64,000 nucleotides of DNA from Eledone cirrhosa (lineage: Eukaryota). The stretch is taken from positions 38,998,001-39,062,000 of the forward strand of contig OZ024750.1 in NCBI GenBank assembly GCA_964016885.1, written 5' to 3'. Of this stretch, positions 26,801-41,794 are shown piece by piece; within the stretch, counting starts at the first letter, position 1; the number at the start of each line of letters is the position of its first letter. A program made the translations under genes and the position numbers. Under the pieces are notes generated by a model. It saw only the letters and a program-made list of their open reading frames with translations. It did no database searches and had not been told where the DNA came from.

Positions 26801-29189
26801 TTAACTATTACCTGGGTACCTCTACGGTGACAGTGGTTCTTGTTAACTATTACCTGGGTACCTCTACGATGACTGCTTCTTGTTAACTATTACCTGGGTA
26901 CCTCTACGGTGACAGTGCTTCTTGTTAACTATTAACTGGGTACCTCTACGGTGACAGTGCTTCTTGTTAACTATTACCTGGGTACCTCTACGGTGACAGT
27001 GGTTCTTGTTAACTATTACCTGGGTACCGCTACGGTGACAGTGCTTCTTGTTAACTATTACCTGGGTACCTCTACGGTGACAGTGGTTCTTGTTAACTAT
27101 TACCTGGGTACCTCTACGGTGACAGTGCTTCTTGTTAACTATTACCTGGATACCTCTACGGTGACAGTGCTTCTTGTTAACTATTAACTGGGTACATCTA
27201 CGGTGACAGTGCTTCTTGTTAACTATTACCTGGGTACCTCTACGGTGACAGTGCTTCTTGTTAACTATTAACTGGGTACCTCTACGGTAACAGTGCTTCT
27301 TGTTAACTATTAACTGGGTACCTCTACGGTGACAGTGCTTCTTGTTAACTATAAACTGGGTACCTCTACGGTGACAGTGCTTCTTGTTAACTATTACCTG
27401 GGTACCTCTACGGTGACAGTGCTTCTTGTTAACTATTAACTGGGTACCTCTACGGTGACAGTGCTTCTTGTTAACTATTACCTGGGTACCTCTACGGTGA
27501 CAGTGCTTCTTGTTAACTATTACCTGGGTACCTCTACGGTGACAGTGGTTCTTGTTAACTATTACCTGGATACCTCTACGGTGACAGTGGTTCTTGTTAA
27601 CTATTACCTGGGTACCTCTACGGTGACAGTGGTTCTTGTTAACTATTACCTGGATACCTCTACGGTGACAGTGCTTCTTGTTAACTATTAACTGGGTACC
27701 TCTACGGTGACAGTGCTTCTTGTTAACTATTACATGGCTACCTCTACGGTGACAGTGCTTCTTGTTAACTATTAACTGGGTACCTCTACGGTGACAGTGC
27801 TTCTTGTTAACTATTACCTGGGTACCTCTACGGTGACAGTGCTTCTTGTTAACTATTACCTGGGTACCTCTACGGTGACAGTGCTTCTTGTTAACTATTA
27901 ACTGGGTACCTCTACGGTGACAGTGCTTCTTGTTAACTATTACCTGGGTACCTCTACGGTGACAGTGCTTCTTGTTAACTATTACCTGGGTACCTCTACG
28001 GTGACAGTGGTTCTTGTTAACTATTACCTGGATACCTCTACGGTGACAGTGGTTCTTGTTAACTATTACCTGGATACCTCTACGGTGACAGTGGTTCTTG
28101 TTAACTATTACCTGGATACCTCTACGGTGACAGTGGTTCTTGTTAACTATTACCTGGGTACCTCTACGGTGACAGTGGTTCTTGTTAACTATTACCTGGA
28201 TACCTCTACGGTGACAGTGGTTCTTGTTAACTATTACCTGGGTACCTCTACGGTGACAGTGGTTCTTGTTAACTATTACCTGGATACCTCTACGGTGACA
28301 GTGGTTCTTGTTAACTATTACCTGGATACCTCTACGGTGACAGTGGTTCTTGTTAACTATTACCTGGGTACCTCTACGGTGACAGTGGTTCTTGTTAACT
28401 ATTACCTGGGTACCTCTACGGTGACAGTGCTTCTTGTTAACTATTACCTGGGTACCTCTACGGTGACAGTGCTTCTTGTTAACTATTACCTGGATACCTC
28501 TACGGTGACAGTGGTTCTTGTTAACTATTACCTGGGTACCTCTACGGTGACAGTGGTTCTTGTTAACTATTACCTGGGTACCTCTACGGTGACAGTGCTT
28601 CTTGTTAACTATTACCTGGGTACCTCTACGGTGACAGTGCTTCTTGTTAACTATTACCTGGATACCTCTACGGTGACGGTGGTTCTTGTTAACTATGACC
28701 TGGGTACCTCTACGGTGACAGTGGTTCTTGTTAACTATTACCTGGATACCTCTACGGTGACAGTGGTTCTTGTTAACTATGACCTGGGTACCTCTACGGT
28801 GACAGTGCTTCTTGTTAACTATTAACTGGGTACCTCTACGGTGACAGTGCTTCTTGTTAACTATTAACTGGGTACCTCTACGGTGACAGTGCTTCTTGTT
28901 AACTATTACCTGGGTACCCCTACGGTGACAGTGCTTCTTGTTAACTATGACCTGGGTACCTCTACGGTGACAGTGCTTCTTGTTAACTATGACCTGGGTA
29001 CCTCTACGGTGACAGTGCTTCTTGTTAACTATTACCTGGATACCTCTACGGTGACAGTGGTTCTTGTTAACTATGACCTGGGTACCTCTACGGTGACAGT
29101 GCTTCTTGTTAACTATGACCTGGGTACCTCTACGGTGACAGTGCTTCTTGTTAACTATTACCTGGATACCTCTACGGTGACAGTGGTTC

Positions 29190-32100
29190 TTGTTAACTAT
29201 TAACTGGGTACCTCTACGGTGACAGTGCTTCTTGTTTACTATTACCTGGGTACCTCTACGGTGACAGTGGTTCTTGTTAACTATTACCTGGGTACCTCTA
29301 CGGTGACAGTGGTTCTTGTTAACTATTAACTGGGTACCTCTACGGTGACAGTGGTTCTTGTTAACTATTACCTGGGTACCTCTACGGTGACAGTGGTTCT
29401 TGTTAACTATTACCTGGATACCTCTACGGTGACAGTGGTTCTTGTTAACTATTACCTGGATACCTCTACGGTGACAGTGGTTCTTGTTAACTATTACCTG
29501 GATACCTCTACGGTGACAGTGGTTCTTGTTAACTATTACCTTTGTACCTCTACGGTGACAGTGGTTCTTGTTAACTATTACCTGGATACCTCTACGGTGA
29601 CAGTGGTTCTTGTTAACTATTACCTGGGTACCTCTACGGTGACAGTGGTTCTTGTTAACTATTACCTGGATACCTCTACGGTGACAGTGGTTCTTGTTAA
29701 CTATTACCTGGATACCTCTACGGTGACAGTGGTTCTTGTTAACTATTACCTGGGTACCTCTACGGTGACAGTGGTTCTTGTTAACTATTACCTGGGTACC
29801 TCTACGGTGACAGTGCTTCTTGTTAACTATTACCTGGGTACCTCTACGGTGACAGTGCTTCTTGTTAACTATTACCTGGATACCTCTACGGTGACAGTGG
29901 TTCTTGTTAACTATTACCTGGGTACCTCTACGGTGACAGTGGTTCTTGTTAACTATTACCTGGGTACCTCTACGGTGACAGTGCTTCTTGTTAACTATTA
30001 CCTGGGTACCTCTACGGTGACAGTGCTTCTTGTTAACTATTACCTGGATACCTCTACGGTGACAGTGGTTCTTGTTAACTATGACCTGGGTACCTCTACG
30101 GTGACAGTGGTTCTTGTTAACTATTACCTGGATACCTCTACGGTGACAGTGGTTCTTGTTAACTATGACCTGGGTACCTCTACGGTGACAGTGCTTCTTG
30201 TTAACTATTAACTGGGTACCTCTACGGTGACAGTGCTTCTTGTTAACTATTAACTGGGTACCTCTACGGTGACAGTGCTTCTTGTTAACTATTACCTGGG
30301 TACCTCTATGGTGACAGTGCTTCTTGTTAACTATGACCTGGGTACCTCTACGGTGACAGTGCTTCTTGTTAACTATGACCTGGGTACCTCTACGGTGACA
30401 GTGCTTCTTGTTAACTATTACCTGGATACCTCTACGGTGACAGTGGTTCTTGTTAACTATTAACTGGGTACCTCTACGGTGACAGTGCTTCTTGTTAACT
30501 ATGACCTGGGTACCTCTACGGTGACAGTGGTTCTTGTTAACTATTACCTGGGTACCTCTACGGTGACAGTGGTTCTTGTTAACTATTAACTGGGTACCTC
30601 TACGGTGACAGTGGTTCTTGTTAACTATTACCTAGGTACCTCTACGGTGACAGTGGTTCTTGTTAACAATTACCTGGATACCTCTACGGTGACAGTGGTT
30701 CTTGTTAACTATTAACTGGGTACCTCTACGGTGACAGTGGTTCTTGTTAACTATTAACTGGGTACCTCTACGGTGACAGTGCTTCTTGTTAACTATGACC
30801 TGGGTACCTCTACGGTGACAGTGCTTCTTGTTAACTATGACCTGGGTACCTCTACGGTGACAGTGCTTCTTGTTAACTATTACCTGGATACCTCTACGGT
30901 GACAGTGGTTCTTGTTAACTATTAACTGGGTACCTCTACGGTGACAGTGCTTCTTGTTAACTATTACCTGGGTACCTCTACGGTGACAGTGGTTCTTGTT
31001 AACTATTACCTGGGTACCTCTACGGTGACAGTGGTTCTTGTTAACTATTAACTGGGTACCTCTACGGTGACAGTGGTTCTTGTTAACTATTACCTGGGTA
31101 CCTCTACGGTGACAGTGGTTCTTGTTAACTATTACCTGGATACCTCTACGGTGACAGTGGTTCTTGTTAACTATTACCTGGATACCTCTACGGTGACAGT
31201 GGTTCTTGTTAACTATTACCTGGATACCTCTACGGTGACAGTGGTTCTTGTTAACTATTACCTTTGTACCTCTACGGTGACAGTGGTTCTTGTTAACTAT
31301 TACCTGGATACCTCTACGGTGACAGTGGTTCTTGTTAACTATTACCTGGGTACCTCTACGGTGACAGTGGTTCTTGTTAACTATTACCTGGATACCTCTA
31401 CGGTGACAGTGGTTCTTGTTAACTATTACCTGGATACCTCTACGGTGACAGTGGTTCTTGTTAACTATTACCTGGGTACCTCTACGGTGACAGTGGTTCT
31501 TGTTAACTATTACCTGGGTACCTCTACGGTGACAGTGCTTCTTGTTAACTATTACCTGGGTACCTCTACGGTGACAGTGCTTCTTGTTAACTATTACCTG
31601 GATACCTCTACGGTGACAGTGGTTCTTGTTAACTATTACCTGGGTACCTCTACGGTGACAGTGGTTCTTGTTAACTATTACCTGGGTACCTCTACGGTGA
31701 CAGTGCTTCTTGTTAACTATTACCTGGGTACCTCTACGGTGACAGTGCTTCTTGTTAACTATTACCTGGATACCTCTACGGTGACAGTGGTTCTTGTTAA
31801 CTATGACCTGGGTACCTCTACGGTGACAGTGGTTCTTGTTAACTAATACCTGGATACCGCTACGGTGACAGTGGTTCTTGTTAACTATGACCTGGGTACC
31901 TCTACGGTGACAGTGCTTCTTGTTAACTATTAACTGGGTACCTCTACGGTGACAGTGCTTCTTGTTAACTATTAACTGGGTACCTCTACGGTGACAGTGC
32001 TTCTTGTTAACTATTACCTGGGTACCTCTACGGTGACAGTGCTTCTTGTTAACTATGACCTGGGTACCTCTACGGTGACAGTGCTTCTTGTTAACTATGA

Positions 32101-32480
32101 CCTGGGTACCTCTACGGTGACAGTGCTTCTTGTTAACTATTACCTGGATACCTCTACGGTGACAGTGGTTCTTGTTAACTATTAACTGGGTACCTCTACG
32201 GTGACAGTGCTTCTTGTTAACTATGACCTGGGTACCTCTACGGTGACAGTGGTTCTTGTTAACTATTACCTGGGTACCTCTACGGTGACAGTGGTTCTTG
32301 TTAACTATTAACTGGGTACCTCTACGGTGACAGTGGTTCTTGTTAACTATTACCTAGGTACCTCTACGGTGACAGTGGTTCTTGTTAACAATTACCTGGA
32401 TACCTCTACGGTGACAGTGGTTCTTGTTAACTATTAACTGGGTACCTCTACGGTGACAGTGGTTCTTGTTAACTATTAAC
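29190..32480. repeat. Nested duplication, offset 1722 bp (41 monomers)
   Basis: ORF pairs 29345/31067 and 30269/31991. Markers CCTTTGTACC (~29540/~31262) and CCTAGG followed by AACAAT (~30631/~32353). Confidence 0.9.
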
Positions 32481-35050
32481 TGGGTTCCTCTACGGTGACA
32501 GTGGTTCTTGTTAACTATGACCTGGGTACCTCTACGGTGACAGTGGTTCTTGTTAACTATTACCTGGGTACCTCTACGGTGACAGTGCTTCTAGTTAACT
32601 ATTACCTGGGTACCTCTACGGTGACAGTGGTTCTTGTTAACTATTAACTGGGTACCTCTACGGTGACAGTGGTTCTTGTTAACTATTACCTGGGTACCTC
32701 TACGGTGACAGTGGTTCTTGTTAACTATTACCTGGATACCTCTACGGTGACAGTGCTTCTTGTTAACTATTACCTGGGTACCTCTACGGTGACAGTGCTT
32801 CTTGTTAACTATTACCTGGGTACCTCTACGGTGACAGTGCTTCTTGTTAACTATTACCTGGGTACTTCTACCATGACAGTGCTTCTTGTTAACTATTAAC
32901 TGGGTACCTCTACGGTGACAGTGCTTCTTGTTAACTATGACCTGGGTACCTCTACGGTGACAGTGGTTCTTGTTAACTATTAACGGGGTACCTCTACGGT
33001 GACAGTGGTTCTTGTTAACTATTAACTGGGTACCTCTACGGTGACAGTGGTTCTTGTTAACTATTAACTGGGTACCTCTACGGTGACAGTGGTTCTTGTT
33101 AACTATTAACTGGGTACCTCTACGGTGACAGTGCTTCTTGTTAACTATTAACTGGGTACCTCTACGGTGACAGTGCTTCTTGTTAACTATTAACTGGGTA
33201 CCTCTACGGTGACAGTGCTTCTTGTTAACTATTACCTGGGTACCTCTACGGTGACAGTGGTTCTTGTTAACTATTAACTGGGTACCTCTACGGTGACAGT
33301 GGTTCTTGTTAACTATTAACTGGGTACCTCTACGGTGACAGTGGTTCTTGTTAACTATGACCTGGGTACCTCTACGGTGACAGTGGTTCTTGTTAACTAT
33401 TACCTGGGTACCTCTACGGTGACAGTGCTTCTAGTTAACTATTACCTGGGTACCTCTACGGTGACAGTGGTTCTTGTTAACTATTAACTGGGTACCTCTA
33501 CGGTGACAGTGGTTCTTGTTAACTATTACCTGGGTACCTCTACGGTGACAGTGGTTCTTGTTAACTATTACCTGGATACCTCTACGGTGACAGTGCTTCT
33601 TGTTAACTATTACCTGGGTACCTCTACGGTGACAGTGCTTCTTGTTAACTATTACCTGGGTACCTCTACGGTGACAGTGCTTCTTGTTAACTATTACCTG
33701 GGTACTTCTACGATGACAGTGCTTCTTGTTAACTATTAACTTGGTACCTCTACGGTGACAGTGCTTCTTGTTAACTATTAACTGGGTACCTCTACGGTGA
33801 CAGTGCTTCTTGTTAACTATGACCTGGGTACCTCTACGGTGACAGTGCTTCTTGTTAACTATTAACTGGGTACCTCTACGGTGACAGTGGTTCTTGTTAA
33901 CTATTAACTGGGTACCTCTACGGTGACAGTGGTTCTTGTTAACTATTAACTGGGTACCTCTACGGTGACAGTAGTTCTTGTTAACTATTAACTGGGTACC
34001 TCTACGGTGACAGTGCTTCTTGTTAACTATTAACTGGGTACCTCTACGGTGACAGTGCTTCTTGTTAACTATTAACTGGGTACCTCTACGGTGACAGTGC
34101 TTCTTGTTAACTATTACCTGGGTACCTCTACGGTGACAGTGTTTCTTGTTAACTATTAACTGGGTACCTCTACGGTGACAGTGGTTCTTGTTAACTATTA
34201 ACTGGGTACCTCTACGGTGACAGTGGTTCTTGTTAACTATTACCTGGATACCTCTACGGTGACAGTGCTTCTTGTTAACTATTACCTGGGTACCTCTACG
34301 GTGACAGTGCTTCTTGTTAACTATTACCTGGGTACCTCTACGGTGACAGTGCTTCTTGTTAACTATTACCTGGGTACTTCTACGATGACAGTGCTTCTTG
34401 TTAACTATTAACTGGGTACCTCTACGGTGACAGTGCTTCTTGTTAACTATTAACTGCGTACCTCTACGGTGACAGTGGTTCTTGTTAACTATGACCTGGG
34501 TACCTCTACGGTGACAGTGGTTCTTGTTAACTATTAACTGGGTACCTCTACGGTGACAGTGGTTCTTGTTAACTATTTACTGGGTACCTCTACGGTGACA
34601 GTGGTTCTTGTTAACTATTAACTGGGTACCTCTACGGTGACAGTGGTTCTTGTTAACTATTAACTGGGTACCTCTACGGTGACAGTGCTTCTTGTTAACT
34701 ATTAACTGGGTACCTCTACGGTGACAGTGCTTCTTGTTAACTATTAACTGGGTACCTCTACGGTGACAGTGCTTCTTGTTAACTATTACCTGGGTACCTC
34801 TACGGTGACAGTGGTTCTTGTTAACTATTAACTGGGTACCTCTACGGTGACAGTGGTTCTTGTTAACTATTAACTGGGTACCTCTACGGTGACAGTGGTT
34901 CTTGTTAACTATGACCTGGGTACCTCTACGGTGACAGTGCTTCTTCTTAACTATTACCTGGGTACTTCTACGGTGACAGTGCTTCTAGTTAACTATTACC
35001 TGGGTACCTCTGCGGTGACAGTGGTTCTTGTTAACTATTAACTGGGTACC
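32420..35050. repeat. Nested TAA-allele-rich block repeated about 3 times (offset 840 bp, then ~670 bp)
   Basis: ORFs 32663/33503 (840 = 20 monomers) and 34217. CTAGTT at ~32591/33431/34986; TACTTCTAC at ~32863/33703/34375. Confidence 0.82.
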
Positions 35051-38000
35051 TCTACGGTGACAGTGGTTCTTGTTAACTATTACCTGGGTACCTCTACGGT
35101 GACAGTGCTTCTTGTTAACTATTACCTGGGTACCTCTACGGTGACAGTGGTTCTTGTTAACTATTACCTGGATACCTCTACGGTGACAGTGGTTCTTGTT
35201 AACTATTACCTGGGTACCTCTACGGTGACAGTGGTTCTTGTTAACTATTACCTGGGTACCTCTACGGTGACAGTGGTTCTTGTTAACTATTACCTGGATA
35301 CCTCTACGGTGACAGTGCTTCTTGTTAACTATTACCTGGGTACCTCTACGGTAACAGTGGTTCTTGTTAACTATTACCTGGATACCTCTACGGTGACAGT
35401 GGTTCTTGTTAACTATTACCTGGGTACCTCTACGGTGACAGTGCTTCTTGTTAACTATTAACTGGATACCTCTACGGTGACAGTGCTTCTTGTTAACTAT
35501 GACCTGGGTACCTCTACGGTGACAGTGCTTCTTGTTAACTATTACCTGGGTACCTCTACGGTGACGGTGGTTCTTGTTAACTATTACCTGGGTACCTCTA
35601 CGGTGACAGTGGTTCTTGTTAACTATTACCTGGATACCTCTACGGTGACAGTGCTTCTTGTTAACTATTAACTGGGTACCTCTACGGTGACAGTGCTTCT
35701 TGTTAACTATTACCTAGGTACCTCTACGGTGACAGTGCTTCTTGTTAACTATTACCTAGGTACCTCTACGCTGACAGTGGTTCTTGTTAACTATTACCTG
35801 GGTACCTCTACGGTGACAGTGCTTCTTGTTAACTATTACCTGGGTACCTCTACGGTGACAGTGCTTCTTGTTAACTATTACCTGGGTACCTCTACGGTGA
35901 CAGCGCTTCTTCTTAACTATTACCTGGGTACCTCTACGGTGACAGTGGTTCTTGTTAATTATTACCTGGGTACCTCTACGGTGACAGTGGTTCTTGTTAA
36001 CTATTACCTGGGTACCTCTACGGTGACAGTGGTTCTTGTTAACTATTACCTGGGTACCTCTACGGTGACAGTGCTTCTTGTTAACTATTACCTGGGTACC
36101 TCTACGGTGACAATGGTTCTTGTTAACTATTACCTGGGTACCTCTACGGTGACAGTGCTTCTTGTTAACTATTACCTGGGTACCTCTACAGTGACAGTGC
36201 TTCTTGTTAACTATTACCTGGGTACCTCTACGGTGACAGTGGTTCTTGTTAACTATTACCTGGGTACTTCTACGGTGACAGTGCTTCTTGTTAACTATTA
36301 CCTGGGTACCTCTACGGTGACAGTGCTTCTTGTTAACTATTACCTGGGTACCTCTACGGTGACAGTGGTTCTTGTTAACTATTACCTGGGTACCTCTACG
36401 ATGACTGCTTCTTGTTAACTATTACCTGGGTACCTCTACGGTGACAGTGCTTCTTGTTAACTATTACCTGGGTACCTCTACGGTGACAGTGGTTCTTGTT
36501 AACTATGACCTGGGTACCTCTACGGTGACAGTGGTTCTTGTTAACTATTACCTGGGTACCTCTACGGTGACAGTGCTTCTTGTTAACTATGACCTGGGTA
36601 CCTCTACGGTGACAGTGGTTCTTGTTAACTATTACCTGGGTACCTCTACGGTGACAGTGGTTCTTGTTAACTATTACCTGGGTACCTCTACGGTGACAGT
36701 GGTTCTTGTTAACTATTACCTGGGTACCTCTACGATGACTGCTTCTTGTTAACTATTACCTGGGTACCTCTACGGTGACAGTGCTTCTTGTTAACTATTA
36801 ACTGGGTACCTCTACGGTGACAGTGCTTCTTGTTAACTATTACCTGGGTACCTCTACGGTGACAGTGGTTCTTGTTAACTATTACCTGGGTACCTCTACG
36901 GTGACAGTGCTTCTTGTTAACTATTACCTGGGTACCTCTACGGTGACAGTGCTTCTTGTTAACTATTAACTGGGTACCTCTACGGTGACAGTGCTTCTTG
37001 TTAACTATTACCTGGGTACCTCTACGGTGACAGTGCTTTTTGTTAACTATTACCTGGGTACCTCTACGGTAACAGTGCTTCTTGTTAACTATTAACTGGG
37101 TACCTCTACGGTGACAGTGCTTCTTGTTAACTATAAACTGGGTACCTCTACGGTGACAGTGCTTCTTGTTAACTATTACCTGGGTACCTCTACGGTGACA
37201 GTGCTTCTTGTTAACTATTAACTGGGTACCTCTACGGTGACAGTGCTTCTCGTTAACTATTACCTGGGTACCTCTACGGTGACAGTGCTTCTTGTTAACT
37301 ATTACCTGGGTACCTCTACGGTGACAGTGGTTCTTGTTAACTATTACCTGGATACCTCTACGGTGACAGTGGTTCTTGTTAACTATTACCTGGGTACCTC
37401 TACGGTGACAGTGGTTCTTGTTAACTATTACCTGGATACCTCTACGGTGACAGTGCTTCTTGTTAACTATTAACTGGGTACCTCTACGGTGACAGTGCTT
37501 CTTGTTAACTATTACATGGCTACGTCTACGGTGACAGTGCTTCTTGTTAACTATTAACTGGGTACCTCTACGGTGACAGTGCTTCTTGTTAACTATTACC
37601 TGGATACCTCTACGGTGACAGTGGTTCTTGTTAACTATTACCTGGATACCTCTACGGTGACAGTGGTTCTTGTTAACTATTACCTGGATACCTCTACGGT
37701 GACAGTGCTTCTTGTTAACTATTACCTGGGTACCTCTACGGTGACAGTGCTTCTTGTTAACTATTACCTGGATACCTCTACGGTGACAGTGGTTCTTGTT
37801 AACTATTACCTGGGTACCTCTACGGTGACAGTGGTTCTTGTTAACTATTACCTGGATACCTCTACGGTGACAGTGGTTCTTGTTAACTATTACCTGGATA
37901 CCTCTACGGTGACAGTGGTTCTTGTTAACTATTACCTGGGTACCTCTACGGTGACAGTGGTTCTTGTTAACTATTACCTGGGTACCTCTACGGTGACAGT

Positions 38001-38339
38001 GCTTCTTGTTAACTATTACCTGGGTACCTCTACGGTGACAGTGCTTCTTGTTAACTATAACCTGGATACCTCTACGGTGACAGTGGTTCTTGTTAACTAT
38101 TACCTGGGTACCTCTACGGTGACAGTGGTTCTTGTTAACTATTACCTGGGTACCTCTACGGTGACAGTGCTTCTTGTTAACTATTACCTGGGTACCTCTA
38201 CGGTGACAGTGCTTCTTGTTAACTATTACCTGGATACCTCTACGGTGACAGTGGTTCTTGTTAACTATGACCTGGGTACCTCTACGGTGACAGTGGTTCT
38301 TGTTAACTATTACCTGGATACCTCTACGGTGACAGTGGT

Positions 38340-41300
38340 TCTTGTTAACTATGACCTGGGTACCTCTACGGTGACAGTGCTTCTTGTTAACTATTAACTG
38401 GGTACCTCTACGGTGACAGTGCTTCTTGTTAACTATTAACTGGGTACCTCTACGGTGACAGTGCTTCTTGTTAACTATTACCTGGGTACCTCTACGGTGA
38501 CAGTGCTTCTTGTTAACTATGACCTGGGTACCTCTACGGTGACAGTGCTTCTTGTTAACTATGACCTGGGTACCTCTACGGTGACAGTGCTTCTTGTTAA
38601 CTATGACCTGGGTACCTCTACGGTGACAGTGGTTCTTGTTAACTATTACCTGGATACCTCTACGGTGACAGTGGTTCATGTTAACTATTAACTGGGTACC
38701 TCTACGGTGACAGTGCTTCTTGTTAACTATGACCTGGGTACCTCTACGGTGACAGTGGTTCTTGTTAACTATTACCTGGGTACCTCTACGGTGACAGTGG
38801 TTCTTGTTAACTATTAACTGGGTACCTCTACGGTGACAGTGGTTCTTGTTAACTATTACCTGGGTACCTCTACGGTGACAGTGGTTCTTGTTAACAATTA
38901 CCTGGATACCTCTACGGTGACAGTGGTTCTTGTTAACTATTAACTGGGTACCTCTACGGTGACAGTGGTTCTTGTTAACTATTAACTGGGTACCTCTACG
39001 GTGACAGTGGTTCTTGTTAACTATGACCTGGGTACCTCTACGGTGACAGTGGTTCTTGTTAACTATTACCTGGGTACCTCTACGGTGACAGTGCTTCTAC
39101 TTAACTATTACCTGGGTACCTCTACGGTGACAGTGGTTCTTTTTAACTATTAACTGGGTACCTCTACGGTGACAGTGGTTCTTGTTAACTATTACCTGGG
39201 TACCTCTACGGTGACAGTGGTTCTTGTTAACTATTACCTGGATACCTCTACGGTGACAGTGCTTCTTGTTAACTATGACCTGGGTACCTCTACGGTGACA
39301 GTGCTTCTTGTTAACTATTACCTGGGTACCTCTACGGTGACAATGGTTCTTGTTAACTATTACCTGGGTACCTCTACGGTGACAGTGCTTCTTGTTAACT
39401 ATTACCTGGGTACCTCTACAGTGACAGTGGTTCTTGTTAACTATTACCTGGGTACCTCTACGGTGACAGTGGTTCTTGTTAACTATTACCTGGGTACCTC
39501 TACGGTGACAGTGCTTCTTGTTAACTATTACCTGGGTACCTCTACGATGACAGTGGTTCTTGTTAACTATTACCTGGGTACCTCTACGGTGACAGTGCTT
39601 CTTGTTAACTATTAACTGGGTACCTCTACGGTGACAGTGCTTCTTGTTAACTATTAACTGGGTACCTCTACGGTGACAGTGCTTCTTGTTAACTATTACC
39701 TGGGTACCTCTACGGTGACAGTGCTTCTTGTTAACTATGACCTGGGTACCTCTACGGTGACAGTGCTTCTTGTTAACTATGACCTGGGTACCTCTACGGT
39801 GACAGTGCTTCTTGTTAACTATTACCTGGGTACCTCTACGGTGACAATGGTTCTTGTTAACTATTACCTGGGTACCTCTACGGTGACAGTGCTTCTTGTT
39901 AACTATTACCTGGGTACCTCTACGGTGACAGTGCTTCTTGTTAACTATTACCTGGGTACCTCTACGGTGACAATGGTTCTTGTTAACTATTACCTGGGTA
40001 CCTCTACGGTGACAGTGCTTCTTGTTAACTATTACCTGGGTACCTCTACAGTGACAGTGGTTCTTGTTAACTATTACCTGGGTACCTCTACGGTGACAGT
40101 GGTTCTTGTTAACTATTACCTGGGTACCTCTACGGTGACAGTGCTTCTTGTTAACTATTACCTGGGTACCTCTACGATGACAGTGGTTCTTGTTAACTAT
40201 GACCTGGGTACCTCTACGGTGACAGTGCTTCTTGTTAACTATTAACTGGGTACCTCTACGGTGACAGTGCTTCTTGTTAACTATTAACTGGGTACCTCTA
40301 CGGTGACAGTGCTTCTTGTTAACTATTACCTGGGTACCTCTACGGTGACAGTGCTTCTTGTTAACTATGACCTGGGTACCTCTACGGTGACAGTGCTTCT
40401 TGTTAACTATGACCTGGGTACCTCTACGGTGACAGTGCTTCTTGTTAACTATGACCTGGGTACCTCTACGGTGACAGTGGTTCTTGTTAACTATTACCTG
40501 GATACCTCTACGGTGACAGTGGTTCATGTTAACTATTAACTGGGTACCTCTACGGTGACAGTGCTTCTTGTTAACTATGACCTGGGTACCTCTACGGTGA
40601 CAGTGGTTCTTGTTAACTATTACCTGGGTACCTCTACGGTGACAGTGGTTCTTGTTAACTATTAACTGGGTACCTCTACGGTGACAGTGGTTCTTGTTAA
40701 CTATTACCTGGGTACCTCTACGGTGACAGTGGTTCTTGTTAACAATTACCTGGATACCTCTACGGTGACAGTGGTTCTTGTTAACTATTAACTGGGTACC
40801 TCTACGGTGACAGTGGTTCTTGTTAACTATTAACTGGGTACCTCTACGGTGACAGTGGTTCTTGTTAACTATGACCTGGGTACCTCTACGGTGACAGTGG
40901 TTCTTGTTAACTATTACCTGGGTACCTCTACGGTGACAGTGCTTCTACTTAACTATTACCTGGGTACCTCTACGGTGACAGTGGTTCTTTTTAACTATTA
41001 ACTGGGTACCTCTACGGTGACAGTGGTTCTTGTTAACTATTACCTGGGTACCTCTACGGTGACAGTGGTTCTTGTTAACTATTACCTGGATACCTCTACG
41101 GTGACAGTGCTTCTTGTTAACTATGACCTGGGTACCTCTACGGTGACAGTGCTTCTTGTTAACTATTACCTGGGTACCTCTACGGTGACAATGGTTCTTG
41201 TTAACTATTACCTGGGTACCTCTACGGTGACAGTGCTTCTTGTTAACTATTACCTGGGTACCTCTACAGTGACAGTGGTTCTTGTTAACTATTACCTGGG

Positions 41301-41450
41301 TACCTCTACGGTGACAGTGGTTCTTGTTAACTATTACCTGGGTACCTCTACGGTGACAGTGCTTCTTGTTAACTATTACCTGGGTACCTCTACGATGACA
41401 GTGGTTCTTGTTAACTATTACCTGGGTACCTCTACGGTGACAGTGCTTCT
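38340..41450. repeat. Nested duplication, offset 1848 bp (44 monomers)
   Basis: ORF pairs 38455/40303 and 39169/41017. Markers TTCATG, AACAAT, CTACTTAAC and CTTTTTAAC. Confidence 0.9.
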
Positions 41451-41794
41451 TGTTAACTATTACCTGGGTACCTCTACGGTGACAGTGCTTCTTGTTAACT
41501 ATTACCTGGGTACCTCTACGGTGACAGTGGTTCTTGTTAACTATTACCTGGGTACCTCTACGCTGACAGTGCTTCTTGTTAACTATTACCTGGGTACCTC
41601 TACGGTGACAGTGCTTCTTGTTAACTATTACCTGGGTACCTCTACGGTGACAGTGGTTCTTGTTAACTATGACCTGGGTACCTCTACGGTGACAGTGGTT
41701 CTTGTTAACTATTACCTGGGTACCTCTACGGTGACAGTGCTTCTTGTTAACTATGACCTGGGTACCTCTACGGTGACAGTGGTTCTTGTTAACT

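Larger units (their letters stand above)
21100..28600. repeat. Higher-order tandem duplication, offset 3851 bp (92 monomers minus 13 bp), later 3641 bp
   Basis: ORF pairs 21769/25620, 22231/26082 and 23100/26951 (3851); 23814/27455 and 24276/27917 (3641, i.e. 5 monomers fewer). Markers GGTCCTT, GTAGTTCTTATT, GGGAACC, CTTGGTAAC, the 11-bp deletion and TACCGCTAC. Confidence 0.95.
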
